Below, in pieces: positions 63,504-64,000 of a stretch of DNA of 64,000 bases. The position numbers and the translations under genes are program-made. Every line of letters begins with the position of its first letter. Position 1 is the first letter of the stretch. The stretch is from Paraphysomonas bandaiensis. Taxonomy: Eukaryota > Protista > Chrysophyceae. Below the pieces are notes generated by a model that was not told the origin of the DNA, searched no databases, and saw only the letters and a program-made list of their open reading frames with translations. The stretch is taken from NCBI GenBank assembly GCA_965644295.1, contig CBFFRP010000034.1, forward strand, positions 39,476-103,475, given 5' to 3'.

Positions 63504-64000
63504 CTGTGTTATATACAACGAATTGCTTAGCCACATCATTTTGTGAGCACATCATTTGTATTTCGGGCTGAATTACAAATGGACACGGAATACGACAACT
63601 TATACACGTGCTTGTGCAAGAATCATAACACTAGATATCGATTCGTTGCAAATACTGCAGCTTAACCGCATAGTGTGTATTCAATAGTACATTATGCTGG
63701 ATTTTCTTATTCAGTACTAGTGTAGTATAGTGTATATTGTATATAACATAAAACACAAGGAATGAATAATAAGTTGCTTTGAACACTGCGCAACTATATC
63801 CTAGGGGCCCATATCCTAGCTATTTCCCGCACACAAATATATCAATAGATATAAATATAGTGGCAACGATATAAGGCGTTGAATTTCATGTGTTTCAGCT
63901 CTATGGTTAAACATATGTTGAGTTTTGCTGTTTGTGAGCAATTAAAAGCTGTAGTTTCCAAGATATTAGAATTATATCCGTTACTCAAAGAATACAGTAG

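Noticed and set aside
1-64000. tRNA, rRNA or snRNA genes
   Set aside because: None recognised by eye; a tRNAscan-SE/Rfam scan would be needed to exclude them.

Overview
Gene-dense eukaryotic nuclear DNA with short (mostly ~45-60 nt) GT-AG introns. It is probably a stramenopile, but this is inferred only from protein and transposon motif style. About 19 protein-coding loci are supported: a multi-PH protein, ZPR1, a G-patch protein, an ankyrin protein, a single-chain translin-TRAX (C3PO) fusion, a MidA/NDUFAF7-like methyltransferase, a JmjC/cupin protein with an HxA motif, a large IQ/helical protein, a PX-PH phospholipase D with a Zn-ribbon/PDZ-like insert, GSK3, a TPR protein, a TTL-family ligase, a ZnF-UBP+RING-H2 protein, an AspH-like hydroxylase, NADPH-P450 reductase, ATM1/ABCB7 and a large coiled-coil protein, plus a few unknowns. 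Most housekeeping genes sit in head-to-head pairs about 570-670 nt apart and have AT-rich 5' ends. Transposon debris (hAT MITEs, a copia relic, a Crypton tyrosine-recombinase relic, dispersed repeats) lies mainly in convergent gaps and in a repeat-rich island at ~43.4-51.5 kb. Best leads are the translin-TRAX fusion, the HxA JmjC protein, the PLD insert and the duplicated unit flanking a retropepsin-like gene and the Crypton relic. All gene models and family assignments were made by eye; no searches were run.
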